Assembly: GCA_041750555.1 (NCBI GenBank)
Contig: JBGSZB010000011.1
Coordinates: 588 to 64,587, forward strand
DNA: 64,000 bases
Direction: 5' to 3'
Source of the DNA: Candidatus Dojkabacteria bacterium
GTDB lineage: Bacteria; Patescibacteriota; Dojkabacteria; J137
A program made the translations under genes and the position numbers. The stretch's first letter is position 1. Every line of letters begins with the position of its first letter. Positions 9,299 to 19,665 of the stretch are shown here, one piece after another. The notes beneath the pieces are model-generated. The model saw nothing but the letters and a program-made list of their open reading frames with translations. It had not been told where the DNA came from and ran no database searches.

Positions 9299-11050
9299 AC
9301 CACCAAGTTTTAATATTGGGTTTAAATATCTTTTTAATATCTTTAACTCTTCAACTCTAAACAGCAAAGATAGTAAGTAGTAACTAAGAAGTGCTGTAAT
9401 TACACTAACAATAGTTAATATTAAAAGATTAAGCGTTGTAGATCCAAATACACCTCCATCTCCTGAAACTGGTAATGCATTGGCAATGCTATTCCATGTT
9501 TTATATAAAAAGTATAGTATTACAAACATAATAGCTCCACTGTAAAACTTAGGTAGGGTTGATTTAATTAGTTTTTTAAAGTTAAATTTATACTTTGTAT
9601 AGTGATAAATAATTAATAGTATAAAAAACTCTAGAGAATAAGTAATGCTCATAGCTAATGCTATTCCACCAATTGATGCTGAACTTGTTGGGTTAGGATT
9701 TCTATTTAGTAAATGTTCTAAACTTAACTGTATATCACTTATTGCTAAAGTATTGTTGTAACTAAATAGATTAGTAAATGCTATTGATAAAATTATTGTA
9801 AAGACTAATGATACAAGAGAAACAAGGAATGGATACATTGTGTCTTTTGCAGCGTAAAACACTCTGTAAATAAACCATCTACCACAAATAAATACATGAC
9901 CTAATGTAAACCATAATAATATCCATGCAGTTAAACTTGTATCATCAAAACCAAATCTTGTATTTGGAATTATACCAAATACTAATCTAACTATTGGCAC
10001 TCTTAAAACTATTAAAATAATTATAAAAGGTAGGGATAAAAACAATATCTCATTTAGTGTCTTAATTATTACATCTTCAGCCCTTTTGTTATCATTTTCT
10101 TCATATAACTCAGCTAATATTGTATAAGATGGAACTGAAAAGGTATAGCCAAATAGCGTTGGGATAACTAATGATAGGGAATTAGCATAAGTTAGAGCTG
10201 CAATATTTCCTGAAATTCCATAAGCTAGAAATTTATTAAATGTAAAAGCAATATGTTCACTAGCTATAGCAAATATTCTTGGTAATCCAGTTCTTAATAT
10301 CTCTAGAACATATTTATTTAATATTGCAATTACCGGTACATATCCAAGTTTTAATTTAATAACTAGGGGTATTTGTACAAATAGATGTAAGAATGATCCT
10401 ACAAATACTCCGACAACTATTGCCCATGGACTGTAATTCATTAATGGAACAAGTATAAATAACATAACTACTCTTCCAATGTTATAAAACAATGGTGCTA
10501 ATTGAGGAACTAAATATCTGTTATGAACATTTAAACCACTTGATATAAATACACTAAATCCTAATACTACTTGAGGAATTAATAGCACTCTCATCATTGA
10601 GATAATTATCTCGTAATCTGCAATATTAATTACTGTATCTGGTTCAAATAGATTTAAAAGAAATGGTAGAGTTGTATCTGCAGTAACCGCCAAAATTATT
10701 GCAACTATTGAAAATATTAATATAGATAAATTAATTATTGAACTATATACTTTTCTAAATTCAATATTACCCTCTCTCTTTTTAACTGTTATAAGTGTTG
10801 GTATAACAATTGAACCTAGAGTACCAATTAAAAATACATTTGTAAGTAATTCTGGTATAGAACTCGCAACAAGAAATTGATTCCAACCTAATTCTTTAGT
10901 ACCAAAATATGAAGCTGCTATTAAATTAAAAAATAATCCAGAAAGTTTAGTTAAAAGAGCAGGTAACATTAAAAGTAGTGCTGTTTCTAATATCTCTGTT
11001 TGTTCTCTACTAAGTAATCTTCCAACTTTTTTTATTCCTCTATTAAGCAT
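9284..11050 (-). CDS. murJ: Lipid II flippase MurJ (MviN)
   Basis: Multi-TM protein with AASYFG, IPELL, LAPLFYN, RVFYAAKDT. Confidence 0.88.
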   Translation of the reverse strand: MLNRGIKKVGRLLSREQTEILETALLLMLPALLTKLSGLFFNLIAASYFGTKELGWNQFLVASSIPELLTNVFLIGTLGSIVIPTLITVKKREGNIEFRKVYSSIINLSILIFSIVAIILAVTADTTLPFLLNLFEPDTVINIADYEIIISMMRVLLIPQVVLGFSVFISSGLNVHNRYLVPQLAPLFYNIGRVVMLFILVPLMNYSPWAIVVGVFVGSFLHLFVQIPLVIKLKLGYVPVIAILNKYVLEILRTGLPRIFAIASEHIAFTFNKFLAYGISGNIAALTYANSLSLVIPTLFGYTFSVPSYTILAELYEENDNKRAEDVIIKTLNEILFLSLPFIIILIVLRVPIVRLVFGIIPNTRFGFDDTSLTAWILLWFTLGHVFICGRWFIYRVFYAAKDTMYPFLVSLVSLVFTIILSIAFTNLFSYNNTLAISDIQLSLEHLLNRNPNPTSSASIGGIALAMSITYSLEFFILLIIYHYTKYKFNFKKLIKSTLPKFYSGAIMFVILYFLYKTWNSIANALPVSGDGGVFGSTTLNLLILTIVSVITALLSYYLLSLLFRVEELKILKRYLNPILKLGGLRIN

Positions 11051-11063
11051 ATTTATATTTTAA

Positions 11064-11639
11064 CTAGAAACTCCAAGTAAGTAACCCTATTAATAACCCA
11101 ACTATAGTTCCCATAAACAATTGTAAAAGAGTGTGTTGATGTAGTGTTCTTCTTGACCAATAAACTAGGGGTATTAATAACATTAAAAAAATTAAATATA
11201 TTGATACTTTATCAATTAAGTAAATTATACAAAATGATAAAACACTACTATGTACACTAATCTTATCTAAATATTTATTTATTAAATACATTGAACTTCC
11301 AAGTATAAATAATACAAGGGAGTTATTAAACCAATAAACTAAACCTAAATGTAGGAATAAAATAGTAGTTAAAAATGACGTAAATATCCCAAATAAATAT
11401 ACTAAATCTCTTCTAACTCTTGTTAAGTTATGAAATTTAAAAAAACTTTTTTTATCACGAGATATAAAGTATGTATAAATTACAAATGGTAATAAAACTA
11501 CAAGAATTAGTAGAAATAGTGCAGGACCAAAAAGAGTATCACTTCTAGTTAAATTACCAAATATTAAAGTGAGTGTTAAAACCAAGAATGGGTTTAACAG
11601 CACACTAATAATACTTGCTATAAAGATTTTAAGTTTCAT
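11064..11639 (-). CDS. PAP2-like membrane phosphatase family protein
   Basis: KISVH and WSRRTLHQHT..Q...G resemble PAP2 C2/C3 motifs. Confidence 0.6.
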   Translation of the reverse strand: MKLKIFIASIISVLLNPFLVLTLTLIFGNLTRSDTLFGPALFLLILVVLLPFVIYTYFISRDKKSFFKFHNLTRVRRDLVYLFGIFTSFLTTILFLHLGLVYWFNNSLVLFILGSSMYLINKYLDKISVHSSVLSFCIIYLIDKVSIYLIFLMLLIPLVYWSRRTLHQHTLLQLFMGTIVGLLIGLLTWSF

Positions 11640-11685
11640 TTAATGATTTAGTCTTAAACCATTTAAACAGATAGAGAGAATATTA

Positions 11686-13962
11686 TCAATATCTTCTATC
11701 ATTACCCCTATTACCACCTCTACTATCTCTATTAAATCCTCTATCTCTGTCATTAAATCTTGGTTTGTTATAGTCATTAGTTGAGATAGGTGCATTAGAT
11801 ATCTTTGATGTTAAAGCTTCATCTTGTTCAACACCTTTAATAGTAAAGTTAATTCTTCCATCTTCCATTTTTAATACCTTTACTCTAATTTCATCTCCTA
11901 GATTAAATACTTTCTCAAGATCATAGTTACCCATTTTTTCAAAGATTTCTGAGTTGTGTAACAATCCTGAAATATTTGGTGTTACATCAACAAATACTCC
12001 ATAAGGCATTATTTTATCAACTCTTCCAATGTATTCTTCTCCAACTTCTGCTTCTCCAACCATTCCATCAATTAATCCTACTACAAATTCTAATTGTGAT
12101 TTATTTAGAGCAGTTACCATAACTCTACCTGTATCATCAATTTTTACATCTGCAGGACTTGAGGCATATTTATGAGACTTTTCAACTATCTCTTTAATGT
12201 TTTTACCACCTGGTCCTATAAGCATTCCAATGTTTTCTGTATCTATTTGTAATTTTTTAACAACAGGTGCAGTATCAGAAACTTCTTTTCTAGGAGTATC
12301 TATTGCTTTACTCATAACTTCTAATACTTCACTTCTTCCAGTCTTTGATAATCTAAAAGCTTCTTTCAAAACATCTATCTTTACACCTCTTAATTTGTTT
12401 TCGTATTGAATAGCAGTTATTCCATTCTTAGTTCCACAAACTTTAAAGTCCATATCACCATAAAAGTCTTCTATTCCTTCAATATCTAAAATTAATTTGT
12501 AATTATCTTCGTTATTATCTTCTGTAATTAATCCAACACCTATTCCACCAACTGCTTCTTTCATTGGAACTCCTGCAGCCATTAATGCCATACTAGCGGC
12601 ACTTGTTGCAGCCATTGAAGTTGATCCATTTGATGTTGTAATCTCTGATACCACTCTAATTGTATATGGAAACTCTTCAAGACTAGGAAGCATATGTTTT
12701 AATGCATTTTCTCCAATTGCTCCATGTCCAACCTCTCTTCTTCCAGGTTTATAGTTGTATCTTCCTGCTTCACCAGATGCGAATGGAGGCATATTGTAGT
12801 GATGAAAGAAGTTCTTTGTTCGTTCTCCCAACATATCATCTAAAGTTTGTTCTTTACCAATTGAACCTAATGTTACTATTGATAATGATTGTGTTAAACC
12901 TCTTTCAAACAATGCTGATCCATGAACTATAGGTAATAGATCTATCTCTGCATTTAATTCTCTAATTTGATTTAAATCTCTTTTAGTTACTCTTTTACCA
13001 TCTTTTAAGATTCCTTCTCTTAAAACTTTTTTAGCTACATATTCAACAGCCATATCTATATCAAATTCTGAAACTACACTTTCTTCTTTATTTAGTTCAG
13101 GATTTAATTTCTCCCATAGGGCTTTTTTTATAACTTTAAGATTCTCTTGTCTATTAGTATCCTTATCTTTTTCTACGTATAGTGCTTTTTTAATATCTTC
13201 TTTAGTTTCACTCTTAATTCTCTCTAATATTTCAACACTTACTGGTAGATCTGCTTCTTTTTCAATTACGTTATTTAATTTTGCCCCAACATGTTTTACA
13301 AAGTCTAATTGAATAGCATTCATTTCTCTAATAGATTTATCAGCTTCATCTAATATTTTATCCATATCATCTTCTACAACTTCCTTCCCCCATCCTTCTA
13401 AGTTTAGTAATCTACCATCTAAACCAGATATTGCAAATTCACAAAGATAGTTATGACTATCTGCAACTTTCGGATTAATTACTACTTTTCCATCTTTATC
13501 TAAACTTGCAATTACTCCTGAACTTGGTCCATAGAATGGTAGTCCTGAAAGTAATAATGAAAGGCTAGCTCCCATTACTGATAATATTTCAGGATTATTT
13601 ACTTGATCGTAAGTTAATACAGTTATCATGACCATTACAGGCTTTCTAAAACTTTTTGGAAAAAGGGATCTAATACTATGATCTACTTGTCTAGCTTTGA
13701 TTATTGCTTCTTCTGAAGGATATCCTTCTCTTTTCTCTATTCTTCCGCCAGAAATTGCACCTCTAGCATACATTTTTTCAATGTATTCTACAGATAATGG
13801 GAAGAAATCTTGTTGTGTTTCTACATTATCTATTGATGTTGTTGCTAATACTGTTGTATTACCTAGTTGTAGCATTACAGAACCAGATGCTAAATTAGCT
13901 AATTTACCTGTGGAGATTTTTAATTCAGTTTCCCCTAACTTATATGTTTTTACATACTCCAT
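11686..13962 (-). CDS. pnp: Polyribonucleotide nucleotidyltransferase (PNPase)
   Basis: DFFPLSVEY, RREVGHG, SNGSTSMA, GDMDFKVCG, followed by KH and S1 domains. Confidence 0.97.
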   Translation of the reverse strand: MEYVKTYKLGETELKISTGKLANLASGSVMLQLGNTTVLATTSIDNVETQQDFFPLSVEYIEKMYARGAISGGRIEKREGYPSEEAIIKARQVDHSIRSLFPKSFRKPVMVMITVLTYDQVNNPEILSVMGASLSLLLSGLPFYGPSSGVIASLDKDGKVVINPKVADSHNYLCEFAISGLDGRLLNLEGWGKEVVEDDMDKILDEADKSIREMNAIQLDFVKHVGAKLNNVIEKEADLPVSVEILERIKSETKEDIKKALYVEKDKDTNRQENLKVIKKALWEKLNPELNKEESVVSEFDIDMAVEYVAKKVLREGILKDGKRVTKRDLNQIRELNAEIDLLPIVHGSALFERGLTQSLSIVTLGSIGKEQTLDDMLGERTKNFFHHYNMPPFASGEAGRYNYKPGRREVGHGAIGENALKHMLPSLEEFPYTIRVVSEITTSNGSTSMAATSAASMALMAAGVPMKEAVGGIGVGLITEDNNEDNYKLILDIEGIEDFYGDMDFKVCGTKNGITAIQYENKLRGVKIDVLKEAFRLSKTGRSEVLEVMSKAIDTPRKEVSDTAPVVKKLQIDTENIGMLIGPGGKNIKEIVEKSHKYASSPADVKIDDTGRVMVTALNKSQLEFVVGLIDGMVGEAEVGEEYIGRVDKIMPYGVFVDVTPNISGLLHNSEIFEKMGNYDLEKVFNLGDEIRVKVLKMEDGRINFTIKGVEQDEALTSKISNAPISTNDYNKPRFNDRDRGFNRDSRGGNRGNDRRY

Positions 13963-13997
13963 ATATATGTGTATAAAAAATTAAAATTTATTAAGGA

Positions 13998-14075
13998 TTA
14001 ATTTGAGAGAAGCAAGAATTTAACATTACTGTAATATCAAATTTTTGCATCACTCTAAAACTTTTCCTCAATTAA
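13998..14075 (-). promoter_or_regulatory. Long stem-loop in the pnp 5' leader
   Basis: Inner hairpin 14012-14048 (about 17 bp, one mismatch, two G-U pairs that work on the minus strand); imperfect outer stem TTAATTGAG / CTCAAATTAA. Confidence 0.6.
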
Positions 14076-14104
14076 GTGATTATATTATATTAATATCTTT
14101 TAAT

Positions 14105-15646
14105 CTACTTTTTCTTGGTTAATCTATTCTCTACCTTGTTTTCAAAGTTTTTTAAGGATCTATGTTTTTTATCTCTTTTCTTTTCTTTTCTTTTAAGATC
14201 TCTATCAATAGAGACATATTCTCCAAATAGTTTTAATGATTTTTGTGTTAAATCATATTTATAGAAGAGTATTCCAAGTATTATCGCTATAAAGCCTAAT
14301 GCTATTCTGTTATCTCTATCGTTATCAAATAATGCAGTTTCTGGTAATTCTCCAGGACATACTCCACCTAGTGCATCTTCACATTCACCTGCAGTTACTG
14401 TTGATCCTGCTGGACAACTATCATCTGTTGTTACAAATGATTCACATGTATTACCATCACTTAAACTGGTTGTACATCTATAGCATGTTAAGTTTTGTGA
14501 TGTTGTTACAGGACATGCTCCACCAACACTTTCTTCACAAGCTGATTGAGTTGTACTTCCTGCTGGACATACACTTCCATTTACACTAAATGATTCACAT
14601 TGATCATTATCACTTAATGTATCAGTACATTTATAACAGGTTGTAGTTACACTTTGTACAGGACACGCCCCACCAACAGCTTGAGAACATACTGAATTAG
14701 TTGTATATCCACTAGGACAACTACTTCCATTAATAGTAATACTTTCACAAGTGTTTACATCATCAACTCTATCAGTACATTTATAACAGGTTACTGTATC
14801 TGTAGGTGTTGTTGGAGGGTTACTTGTATCTTGACAATTATTATTATTAGCAGGGTCTCCAATATGACTACAATAGTTTGTACCAGCTCTAGCATCTGCA
14901 TCACTTGGATAGAAATCAACTTGGGCACATCCATTAGGTAAAACACAACCACTACCACTTGAGAAAGTTACACTTGCTCCTTCATCTGCTAGGGTACATT
15001 GATCATCTCCATTTGAATCAAAACTACATTTATATATTGCACAGTAATTACAAGTGGTAGTTGCACCTCCACAAGTTACTCCATTTGCAACATTTGCTCC
15101 ACTTCCTGCGCTACATACAGGATTAGTTGGGCATGTACAACCATCAACATCACTACATGTTGATGTACAACTACTTAATGATGTTCTTGAACCGTCACCT
15201 GTTGTTCCTGATGGACATGATGTATCATATTTACAACCCTTTGAAGTATTATCTCCCGTAGCTGTATTACATCTATACTCCATTCTTTGACCAGTTGGAC
15301 ACCCTTCTCCGCAAGCACCTGAAAAGTCAACACCTTGAGGGCACTTAGTTGTCTGAGTTTCAGTAGGACATTCAGAAGTATTGTACTCGGCACAATTAAC
15401 CACACTACCTCCAGTTACAGCAACACACTTACATACATAGCCTGTTCTATAGCTACCCCCATTTATTGGATGACTTGTATATTGACACTTTCTTCCATAT
15501 GATGCTGGATCACAAGTCTCTGCACTACTATCATCTGGAGCTTGATCTTGAGTTAGTCTTACAGCTATAAATACAGCTACACCACTAAGTATTAATAATA
15601 CTATTACTAATATAATTGAAATTAATCTTTTTCTATTAGGGTTCAT
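14105..15646 (-). CDS. Cys-rich surface protein with three ~50-aa six-Cys repeats and an LPETA-TM-basic tail
   Basis: N-terminal TM, QAPDDSSA, Cys/Thr/Gly-rich body, then LPETA, a hydrophobic stretch and a Lys/Arg tail. Confidence 0.8.
   Translation of the reverse strand: MNPNRKRLISIILVIVLLILSGVAVFIAVRLTQDQAPDDSSAETCDPASYGRKCQYTSHPINGGSYRTGYVCKCVAVTGGSVVNCAEYNTSECPTETQTTKCPQGVDFSGACGEGCPTGQRMEYRCNTATGDNTSKGCKYDTSCPSGTTGDGSRTSLSSCTSTCSDVDGCTCPTNPVCSAGSGANVANGVTCGGATTTCNYCAIYKCSFDSNGDDQCTLADEGASVTFSSGSGCVLPNGCAQVDFYPSDADARAGTNYCSHIGDPANNNNCQDTSNPPTTPTDTVTCYKCTDRVDDVNTCESITINGSSCPSGYTTNSVCSQAVGGACPVQSVTTTCYKCTDTLSDNDQCESFSVNGSVCPAGSTTQSACEESVGGACPVTTSQNLTCYRCTTSLSDGNTCESFVTTDDSCPAGSTVTAGECEDALGGVCPGELPETALFDNDRDNRIALGFIAIILGILFYKYDLTQKSLKLFGEYVSIDRDLKRKEKKRDKKHRSLKNFENKVENRLTKKK
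14352..14797 (-). repeat. Three intragenic tandem repeats, 150-153 bp period
   Basis: atcagtacatttataacaggtt at 14621 and 14771; degenerate third copy near 14470; protein unit TCYKCT...CES...CPxG.T...C....GGxCP. Confidence 0.9.
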
Positions 15647-17001
15647 TTCCTTTTAAATATATCTACTCTGAAGTATAAAGATAATCCTAAGAATATCAAG
15701 AGTATCCCTACAATAATTGCATCTACTCTATCATTAATAATTGCAGTACCAGGTAGTGAGCCACAATCTGCAGGACATGTAATATTAGATTCACTACTAC
15801 CACATATTCCATCTCCACAAACAACAGATGTACCACTTCCAACAACAGTATTTTGACCACAAGCATCTAATAACAAATTAACATTAGTTACTCTACTTCC
15901 AGTACTAGTAGTTAAAAACACAGTATCAATATCTCCACATTGAGATAGTGTATATCCTCCTTGAGGAGCTAATGGTAAACATCTTTGATTAGTAGTATAT
16001 GCTTGTGATAAACAAGACTCTGCACTTACATTATTTGTATTAGGTAGTAAGAAACCACATGTAGAACCAGTTTGACATAATCCAACTTCATCACTACAAG
16101 GAGCTCCACAAGCATTTAAACTTCCACAAGCACAATTAGCTCCTGGAACTGTTTTACCACTAGGACATGCTGCATTTTCACACATACCATTCCTACAGGT
16201 AACTTCAATCCCTGCTGTAGCTGCTGGTTTACAATCTGCAACTGTAGTACATTTACCACCACATACAGATCTAGAATCTACTGTTGTACCACCTCCAGTA
16301 CTACCTTGTATAGCACAACATAAATCTCCACTACTTGAACAACTTCCACTTCCAGTAACTCTACCTACTGATCCACAATTGTTAACGGTTACCCCATTAT
16401 ATGTAGACCCAGGTGTAAAACATGCCCCACTACATGAACCACCTCCACTCGTTGATGTTCCACCACAAGTTACTCCATTATTAATATTTCCACTTGTATT
16501 ACAACCACTAGGACATGTACATCCATCACTATCATTACATGTTGCTGTACAACTAGTTAATGTTGTTCTACCTGATGTACCACCTCCTGTATTAGTAGGA
16601 ACACAACAGACCTTCACCGAACCTTCCTCACAATCTGTACCAGTTAAAGAAGTTTCATTTGTATTACATGCTGATTTACACGATCCACTAAATCCACCGC
16701 AATTCGTAAGAGTACCCTGACACGAGCAAATATAATTTGAGCCTGAAAGACCACCCTTGCAAATTCCTAAGGCACCACTATCTGTAGTACATGTACCACT
16801 TCCAGGAATTTTTCCACCACAACCATTAAATGAAAGTGTAGTTGAACATATTTCAAAACCGGCTCCAGGCTCTTCATCTGCACTACTATCCGTTGGAGAT
16901 TGTTGTAAAGTAACCTGATATGCTACATAAATAGCTATACCACCTAAGATAAGGGTTGCAAATACTAAAATACCTACAATTACATTTCTTCTATTCTTCA
17001 T
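15643..17001 (-). CDS. Cys-rich surface protein, paralog of 14105-15646, with an LPGTA-TM tail
   Basis: QSPTDSSA; shared RTxLxSCTxTCxDxDGCTCP...NGVTCGG module; CGDGIC..E....CPADC; LPGTA plus TM. Confidence 0.8.
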   Translation of the reverse strand: MKNRRNVIVGILVFATLILGGIAIYVAYQVTLQQSPTDSSADEEPGAGFEICSTTLSFNGCGGKIPGSGTCTTDSGALGICKGGLSGSNYICSCQGTLTNCGGFSGSCKSACNTNETSLTGTDCEEGSVKVCCVPTNTGGGTSGRTTLTSCTATCNDSDGCTCPSGCNTSGNINNGVTCGGTSTSGGGSCSGACFTPGSTYNGVTVNNCGSVGRVTGSGSCSSSGDLCCAIQGSTGGGTTVDSRSVCGGKCTTVADCKPAATAGIEVTCRNGMCENAACPSGKTVPGANCACGSLNACGAPCSDEVGLCQTGSTCGFLLPNTNNVSAESCLSQAYTTNQRCLPLAPQGGYTLSQCGDIDTVFLTTSTGSRVTNVNLLLDACGQNTVVGSGTSVVCGDGICGSSESNITCPADCGSLPGTAIINDRVDAIIVGILLIFLGLSLYFRVDIFKRK

Positions 17002-17036
17002 AAGTAAATATATTATTATCTATTTAAAAAGAAATA

Positions 17037-18515
17037 TCAATTTCTTTTATCTAAATATTCTTTTGATAACTTTAATAGCTCTTCCTTTTTATTTAACATT
17101 GGTTCATCAGTTACCTTATCTAGTAAATACTTTAAAATATCTGAAATAACTGGGCCTGGAGTTAAATTAAAATTACTAATTAAATCATTACCTGAAATAT
17201 CTAAATCAGTAACCTTTATAGCCATGTCACTGGCTCTAACTTCAGAAATTCTTTGAGATAGAGCATCTAACTCTTTAGGATTAAATTCACTTTTAGGATT
17301 AGATGCAGCATCAGCAATTCTTAACTTCATTAAATCATCAATAGCATCTTCACCACCAACATTTTGAATTAAACGTCTAATAGCACTATCACTCCATCCT
17401 AATTTATTTCTTTCATCATTAAATTTTTCATACTCAATATTATTGTTATTCAATACCCTCCAATCACTTGATGGATAATAGAACATATGCCATCTAACTA
17501 ACCTTACTGTATTTTCAATCTCGATATTAGAGAACTTTAAACGTTTCATAATATTACGAGTCATTTCAGCACCCATAACATCATGACCATAAAAATGTAC
17601 TCCCTTAGAGTCAATAGTCATAGTTTTAGGTTTAGCAATATCATGAAAGAGAGCCGCTAATTTAATATCATCCTCAGCACAATCTACAGTTTTAATACTA
17701 TGCTCAAAAACATCATCAACATGGAAATTGGGTTGAGTAATACCAACTCCATCTAATAGTTCAGGAATAAATATTTGAAGTATCCCACTATCTTTAAGTA
17801 ATCTTAAACCAAGAGAGGGCTGTGGAGATTTAAGTAATATTTTCATTAATTCTTCTCTAAATCTCTCAATAGAAACTAACTTTGTAACATGTAGAGTTTC
17901 TTTAATAGCATCAAAAGTTGCTTTTTCAATATTAAAATCTAATTGAGAAGCTAATCTACAAGCTCTTACACTTCTTAAACCATCTTCACTAAATCTCTCT
18001 AATGGATCTCTAACAGCTCTAATAACCTTGTTATTTAAATCTCCTAAACCATTAAAATGATCAATAACAATTTCTTCAACTGCAACATTATCTTCATCAA
18101 ATCTTTGTAAATCTAGTGCTAATGCATTTATTGTAAAGTCACGTCTTTTTAAATCATCTTCAATATCTCTACTAAATTCAACTTTTGATGGCCACCTCCC
18201 TGAAATATAGTCAGCTTCAGATCTAAATGTTGTAACTTGTACTTCAAATCTTTCTCCTAAATCATCACTTGCTACTACTGTTACAGTTCCAAATTTAGCA
18301 CCTGTTGGTATTGATTTAACAAATATATCCATAATTTCTTCTGGATATGCATTAGTTGCAATATCAAAATCACTAGGTAACTTACCTAAGAATATATCTC
18401 TAATACTTCCACCAACTAAGTATGCACTAAAGCCTCCCTTTTGTAATTGTTCAGCAACATTAATTACATATTTAGGGATATATTTTAAAAATTCTCCTTT
18501 TTCTAATTTAATCAT
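17037..18515 (-). CDS. cca: CCA tRNA nucleotidyltransferase with HD domain
   Basis: YLVGGSIRD...DFDIAT, DDLKRRDFTINA, FSEDGLR, LFHDIAKP. Confidence 0.9.
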   Translation of the reverse strand: MIKLEKGEFLKYIPKYVINVAEQLQKGGFSAYLVGGSIRDIFLGKLPSDFDIATNAYPEEIMDIFVKSIPTGAKFGTVTVVASDDLGERFEVQVTTFRSEADYISGRWPSKVEFSRDIEDDLKRRDFTINALALDLQRFDEDNVAVEEIVIDHFNGLGDLNNKVIRAVRDPLERFSEDGLRSVRACRLASQLDFNIEKATFDAIKETLHVTKLVSIERFREELMKILLKSPQPSLGLRLLKDSGILQIFIPELLDGVGITQPNFHVDDVFEHSIKTVDCAEDDIKLAALFHDIAKPKTMTIDSKGVHFYGHDVMGAEMTRNIMKRLKFSNIEIENTVRLVRWHMFYYPSSDWRVLNNNNIEYEKFNDERNKLGWSDSAIRRLIQNVGGEDAIDDLMKLRIADAASNPKSEFNPKELDALSQRISEVRASDMAIKVTDLDISGNDLISNFNLTPGPVISDILKYLLDKVTDEPMLNKKEELLKLSKEYLDKRN

Positions 18516-18557
18516 AAGGATATTTTAGTATATCTCTGTATATATTGGAAATTGAAT

Positions 18558-19085
18558 TTAAGAAGCCATTGCTTCTACTTCATCTGAGGTGTACAAATCT
18601 AGAGGGTTTGGAATATATTTTAAAAAGAGTATTCCATCTAAATGATCTACTTCGTGTTGAATAATGTGTGATAAGAAGCCATTAGCTTTAATATTTTGTT
18701 TCTTACCATTTAAATCTATGTATTCTACCTCTATTTCATTTGATCTCTCTACTTCTCCAAATAGTTCACCATAGTTAATGCTTAAACATCCTTCCCATTT
18801 AGTAGACATTTCTCTACTTTTACTTAATATTTTAGGATTAATCATTATCTCCCATATTGGGTCTAATGAATTACTTTCTTCTTCTAAGTCAAATCTTCTA
18901 CATATTGCAATTCTTAAAAGTTTTCCAACTTGAGGAGCAGATAGACCTGCAGAGTGTTCTTTTTCTTTATCTAATACTTTTAACATCTCTTCTATTAAAG
19001 TATGTATCTTTTTATCTTTAACATCTTTAACCTTTAAAGATTTTTTTTCTAATGTTGGACTCCCGTATTGTAATATCTTTAACAT
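18558..19085 (-). CDS. def: Peptide deformylase
   Basis: GLSAPQVG, EGCLS, QHEVDHLDG. Confidence 0.96.
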   Translation of the reverse strand: MLKILQYGSPTLEKKSLKVKDVKDKKIHTLIEEMLKVLDKEKEHSAGLSAPQVGKLLRIAICRRFDLEEESNSLDPIWEIMINPKILSKSREMSTKWEGCLSINYGELFGEVERSNEIEVEYIDLNGKKQNIKANGFLSHIIQHEVDHLDGILFLKYIPNPLDLYTSDEVEAMAS

Positions 19086-19138
19086 ACAAATATTTAATCT
19101 ATATGGATTATATCAAAAAGAAGTAAATACGGTGTAAA

Positions 19139-19489
19139 TTACATCCTAGTTAATAGGACAACAATTACAAAAATTGCTATTGAACTTAATATACAAATTA
19201 CAAGAGATATTGGAAGTGCAGCAATTCCTAGAAAAGAGGTAATTAATATTTTTAAAGTTTTTTTATTCCTCTCAATTTTACTTTTATATTCATCTTCATT
19301 TAACCAATACTTATTCCCTTCACTTTTAATAAATGGAGTATCTTTTATCTTACTATACGTAAATTTTAATATATCACTATTAAATTCAGTAGCAGTTTCC
19401 CTACTTAGTGCACCCTTTTCTCTTAGGTAACTAATTATCATTTCAGTATTTTGTTTATCTACTATCTGTTGAGCTTCAACGTATGACAT
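19139..19489 (-). CDS. Hypothetical protein with C-terminal TM, paralog of 19666-20004
   Basis: YLREKGALSRETA...PFIKSEGNKYWLNEDEY followed by a hydrophobic tail. Confidence 0.7.
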   Translation of the reverse strand: MSYVEAQQIVDKQNTEMIISYLREKGALSRETATEFNSDILKFTYSKIKDTPFIKSEGNKYWLNEDEYKSKIERNKKTLKILITSFLGIAALPISLVICILSSIAIFVIVVLLTRM

Positions 19490-19535
19490 ATCTATATATT
19501 TTAACTAATGGATTATATCAAAAAGGAGAGTTATT

Positions 19536-19618
19536 TACTGCGGGAGGGAGTCGAACCCTCACGACCTTAAGGCCAACGGATTTTAAGTCCGTCGTGTATA
19601 CCATTCCACCACCGCAGC
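19536..19618 (-). tRNA. tRNA-Leu(TAA)
   Basis: GCTGCGG/CCGCAGT acceptor stem, ACGGA-CT TAA AA-TCCGT anticodon arm, long variable arm, TTCGA T-loop; CCA not encoded. Confidence 0.96.
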
Positions 19619-19665
19619 AACGTTTATGAATTATACTTAAAAGTAGTTAATTAGAAAAGAGCAAA

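Noticed and set aside
14352-14797. Periodic repeats as a possible CRISPR array
   Set aside because: In-frame 150-153 bp coding repeats with homologous intervening sequence; no cas genes.
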